64,000 nucleotides of DNA from Raja brachyura (lineage: Eukaryota), in contig OY740805.1 of the NCBI GenBank assembly GCA_963514005.1, positions 20,646,001 to 20,710,000 of the forward strand, read 5' to 3'. The position numbers and the translations under genes were made by a program. The notes beneath the pieces are model-generated. The model saw only the letters and a program-made list of their open reading frames with translations. It searched no databases and was not told the DNA's origin. Positions 63,961 to 64,000 of the stretch are shown in pieces (the stretch's first letter is position 1; every line of letters begins with the position of its first letter).

Positions 63961-64000
63961 TACCTCTTCTTTATGTTCACCATTATCTTAATTATTATTA

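Larger units (their letters stand above)
60291..64000 (-). mobile_element. Endogenous retrovirus, 3' portion (deleted pol, env, 3' LTR); extends beyond window end
   Basis: RT, RNase H and IN remnants, env, PPT AAAGGGAGGAT (60960-60950) and LTR in the expected order. Confidence 0.92.

Noticed and set aside
1-64000. CRISPR array or rRNA
   Set aside because: No regularly spaced repeat-spacer units or rRNA-like sequence; recurrent short repeats are dispersed retroelement termini.

Overview
Eukaryotic, repeat-dense vertebrate DNA. The V-SINE/HE1-type SINEs, CR1/HER1-type LINEs and Penelope-like repeats point to a cartilaginous fish, probably a skate or ray (inference). One host gene is recoverable by hand: a minus-strand, non-classical MHC class I heavy-chain gene. 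Its exons are leader 31383-31332, alpha1 12855-12595, alpha2 1338-1063 and alpha3 from 109 off the window edge, separated by introns of about 18.5 kb, 11.3 kb and 0.95 kb. All splice sites are canonical phase-1, there is one in-frame TGA in alpha2, and an X1/X2/Y-like promoter module lies upstream. The rest is mobile DNA: more than 20 loci of a Penelope-derived repeat carrying a minimal hammerhead-ribozyme motif (often as inverted pairs), Harbinger and 8-bp-TSD MITEs, a solo LTR with nested insertions, a 3x tandem 4.39-kb duplication containing a truncated L1, a full-length but mutated DIRS1-type tyrosine-recombinase retrotransposon (53270-58609), and the 3' part of an endogenous retrovirus with decayed pol, near-intact ERV3-like env and 3' LTR (60291-64000). 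Most short ORFs in the track are repeat-derived noise. Repeat boundaries are approximate unless TSDs or termini are given.
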